A DNA stretch of 64,000 bases from Hypanus sabinus. Taxonomy: Eukaryota. The position numbers and the translations under genes are program-made. Positions 62,301 to 64,000 of the stretch are shown here, one piece after another; the first letter of the stretch is position 1, and the number at the start of each line of letters is the position of its first letter. Under the pieces are notes generated by a model. The model had not been told where the DNA came from, searched no databases, and saw only the letters and a program-made list of their open reading frames with translations. The stretch spans positions 106,268,001-106,332,000 of the forward strand of contig NC_082715.1 in assembly GCF_030144855.1 (NCBI RefSeq), in the 5' to 3' direction.

Positions 62301-64000
62301 CAGGAGGACTACGCTGGAATCTTCCACTTCCAGGTACAGAGTGAAGGAGGTGGGGGTTGTCACTGGAGCCCATTCCCCATGGAAGGAAGGGAGGGAGAAT
62401 TGTGGGGTGGTATGGGGGCTTGGGGTCTGGGTGGGGAGGAAGAGGTGTAGAGACTTTGGAAGGGTTGGAAGGGGCTGGGGTGGGGTAAGGTTAGGGGCTC
62501 GGTAGGGTTTGAGGGGAGAGGCTGAGTGGCTGATACAGATGGGGGAGGGCAGATAGACTACAAGTAAGAGGTTGTATTGTGTTGGAGAGGGGAGAGAGGT
62601 AGGGAGAGGGGCAAGTGCCACAGAGTCATACAGCCCAGAAGCAGGCCTTTCAGCCCAACTTGTCCATTCTGTTCATGATAGCCCATCCAAGCTAGTTCCA
62701 TTTGCCAGTGCTTGGCCGATTGTTTTTAGGCTTTTCCAATCCAGGTATCTGTCCAACTGTCAATTAAAGTTGTTATTGTCTCTGCCTCAGCTATTCTCTC
62801 TGCAATCTGTTTCCACATGGATCCACACTGTGTTTTTTTAAAAAAAAGTTGCTCCTCAAGTTCCTCTTAAGTGTTTCTCTTCTCACCTTAAATCTATGTT
62901 CTTGACACCCCAATTTGAAAAGATTGTGCGCATTAACTGTATCAAAGCCCCTCATGATTTCATACAACTCTCTATAATCACATCTCAGTCTCCTGCACTT
63001 GCAGGATAAAGTCTTTGCATGGCCGTCCTCTCTCCGTAGTCCTGGCAGCAACCTTGTAAATCTTCTCTGCATTTTTATTAGTTTAATAACATCTTTCCAT
63101 CACCCCATCTAAAAGCCTTGCTGACTAGCCCAAATCAGCCCATCTTTCCAGATGTGCATATAGCTTATCCCTCGCAATCCTTTCTAGTCACAGATGTTAG
63201 TTACTGGTCCATAGTTCTTAGACTTTTCCTTGTTGAAGAAAAGCAGCGTAACAGTCGCTATCCGCCAGTCTGTCAGCACCTCTCCCTTGGCTAAGGATGA
63301 TGTAAGTATCTCAGCCAAGGAACCTGCCTTTCCTCCAACAGTGTTCTTAGAAACTGCTCTGGCTCTGAGATTTGTCTAGCTTCGTAACATCCAGCATGGC
63401 CTCTGTTATAATGCAGATTATCCCCAAGACCTCCACATTTACTTTTCCTAGTTCTGAAGTATCCATGTCTTTATTCATGGTAAAAACAGAGGAGAAATAT
63501 TCATTGTGTCCTATTCTTTAGTGATTCTTTTTCCCTTAATACTGTATACTTATAAAATCTCTTTGGATGTTCCTCTATCTTCTGTGCCAAAGTTATCTCA
63601 TGCCCCCTTTTAGCCTTTCTGATTTTCATCTTCACTTCTACATTCTTTAAACCCCTCCTGGAATTCACTTGATACCTGTACCTGACCCATACCTTTTTTT
63701 TCTGGCCTGTGCCCTTCACTCTAACATGGACATCTAGACATAAAGCTCTCACTACCTCACCTTTCAACGTCTTCAGCAAATACATCATTCCAATGAACCT
63801 TTGCAAACTCCTGTCTCGTACCAGCAAACCTTGCCTTGGAGGGTGGAATGAACAACAGTCAAGGGGAGGTGCAGAGTGGGGCAAGGGGATGGAGGGGTGA
63901 GTAGGGAGAGGGAAGAGGATGCTGAGCAGCGGGGAGCAGTACTGACGACCCCGGCCCTGTGCTCAGTTCTGGCAGTTCGGAGAGTGGGTGGACGTGGTGA
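47063..64000 (+). CDS. Classical calpain catalytic (large) subunit, calpain-1 / mu-m (CAPN11)-like; coding exons 47063-47302, 48857-48926, 62215-62333, 63967->window end (partial)
   Basis: Spliced product [14 protein letters not shown]...[10 protein letters not shown]...LFQDSQFP...ELGP...WKRPT|[24 protein letters not shown]|[39 protein letters not shown]|[11 protein letters not shown]. Catalytic QGALGDCW motif present; GT-AG introns; 70- and 119-nt internal exons typical of classical calpains. Confidence 0.95.
48857..48926 (+). CDS. Calpain coding exon 2
   Basis: ctctccacag| [24 protein letters not shown]|gtgagt, 70 nt. Confidence 0.95.
49728..50410 (+). repeat. 52-bp minisatellite, ~13 copies, in a calpain intron
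   Basis: Unit GGGAGTGTGTGATGGGACAGTGCAGAGGGAGCTTCACCCTGTGTCTGAC(G/C)CT. Confidence 0.95.
54253..55145. mobile_element. Tigger/pogo-type non-autonomous DNA transposon (contains an N gap)
   Basis: TA flanks; TIRs CAATCGGCCCTGCTTATCCGC / GCGGATAAGGAGGACCAACTG. Confidence 0.78.
56200..57160 (+). mobile_element. Degenerate CR1 LINE
   Basis: YINDLDE, QFWS.HYRKDI-like remnants. Confidence 0.7.
57360..59560 (-). mobile_element. CR1 LINE, 2.2-kb 3' portion, frameshifted
   Basis: [53 protein letters not shown]. Confidence 0.9.
60345..61510 (+). mobile_element. Penelope-like element 3' part (GIY-YIG region and degenerate hammerhead)
   Basis: FTEHL...NHFNS...[28 protein letters not shown] followed by a pyrimidine tract and CAGTCCAGATGAATGG...CATCAACTG. 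Confidence 0.78.
62215..62333 (+). CDS. Calpain coding exon 3 (catalytic Cys)
   Basis: ctctccag| [40 protein letters not shown] |gtacag, 119 nt. Confidence 0.95.
63967..64000 (+). CDS. Calpain coding exon 4 (runs off window)
   Basis: Branch-like TACTGAC at ~63940, gctcag| [11 protein letters not shown]. Confidence 0.93.

Overview
Vertebrate genomic DNA, most likely a cartilaginous fish such as a ray (inferred from the CR1, Penelope and Rex repeat families and the 52-bp satellite). It is densely packed with transposons and has two N gaps (2479-2649, 54330-54489). I reconstructed three host loci by hand from splice sites. (A) An intact, compact 6-exon class II cytokine receptor on the minus strand (18059->15086, 444 aa, IL20RA/IL22RA2-like ectodomain). 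Its transmembrane and whole cytoplasmic region lie in one exon, and a degenerate tRNA-Phe cloverleaf starts 5 nt after its stop codon. (B) A tandem upstream paralogue (29313->~22877, minus) that looks pseudogenised, with a TGG->TGA stop, two dead splice donors, frameshifts and a probable palindromic mariner MITE insertion. (C) The first four coding exons of a classical calpain large subunit (plus, 47063->window end), preceded by a CpG island and G-rich 25-bp and 30-bp minisatellites. The long ORFs at 41-46.6 kb are repeat artefacts. The rest is LINEs (L1, CR1, Rex1/Babar-like), Penelope elements carrying minimal hammerhead-ribozyme motifs, DNA transposons (hAT, Harbinger, Tigger, mariner), SINEs and a degenerate class I-like endogenous retrovirus. 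Repeat boundaries are approximate and all family calls come from motif recognition, not database searches.
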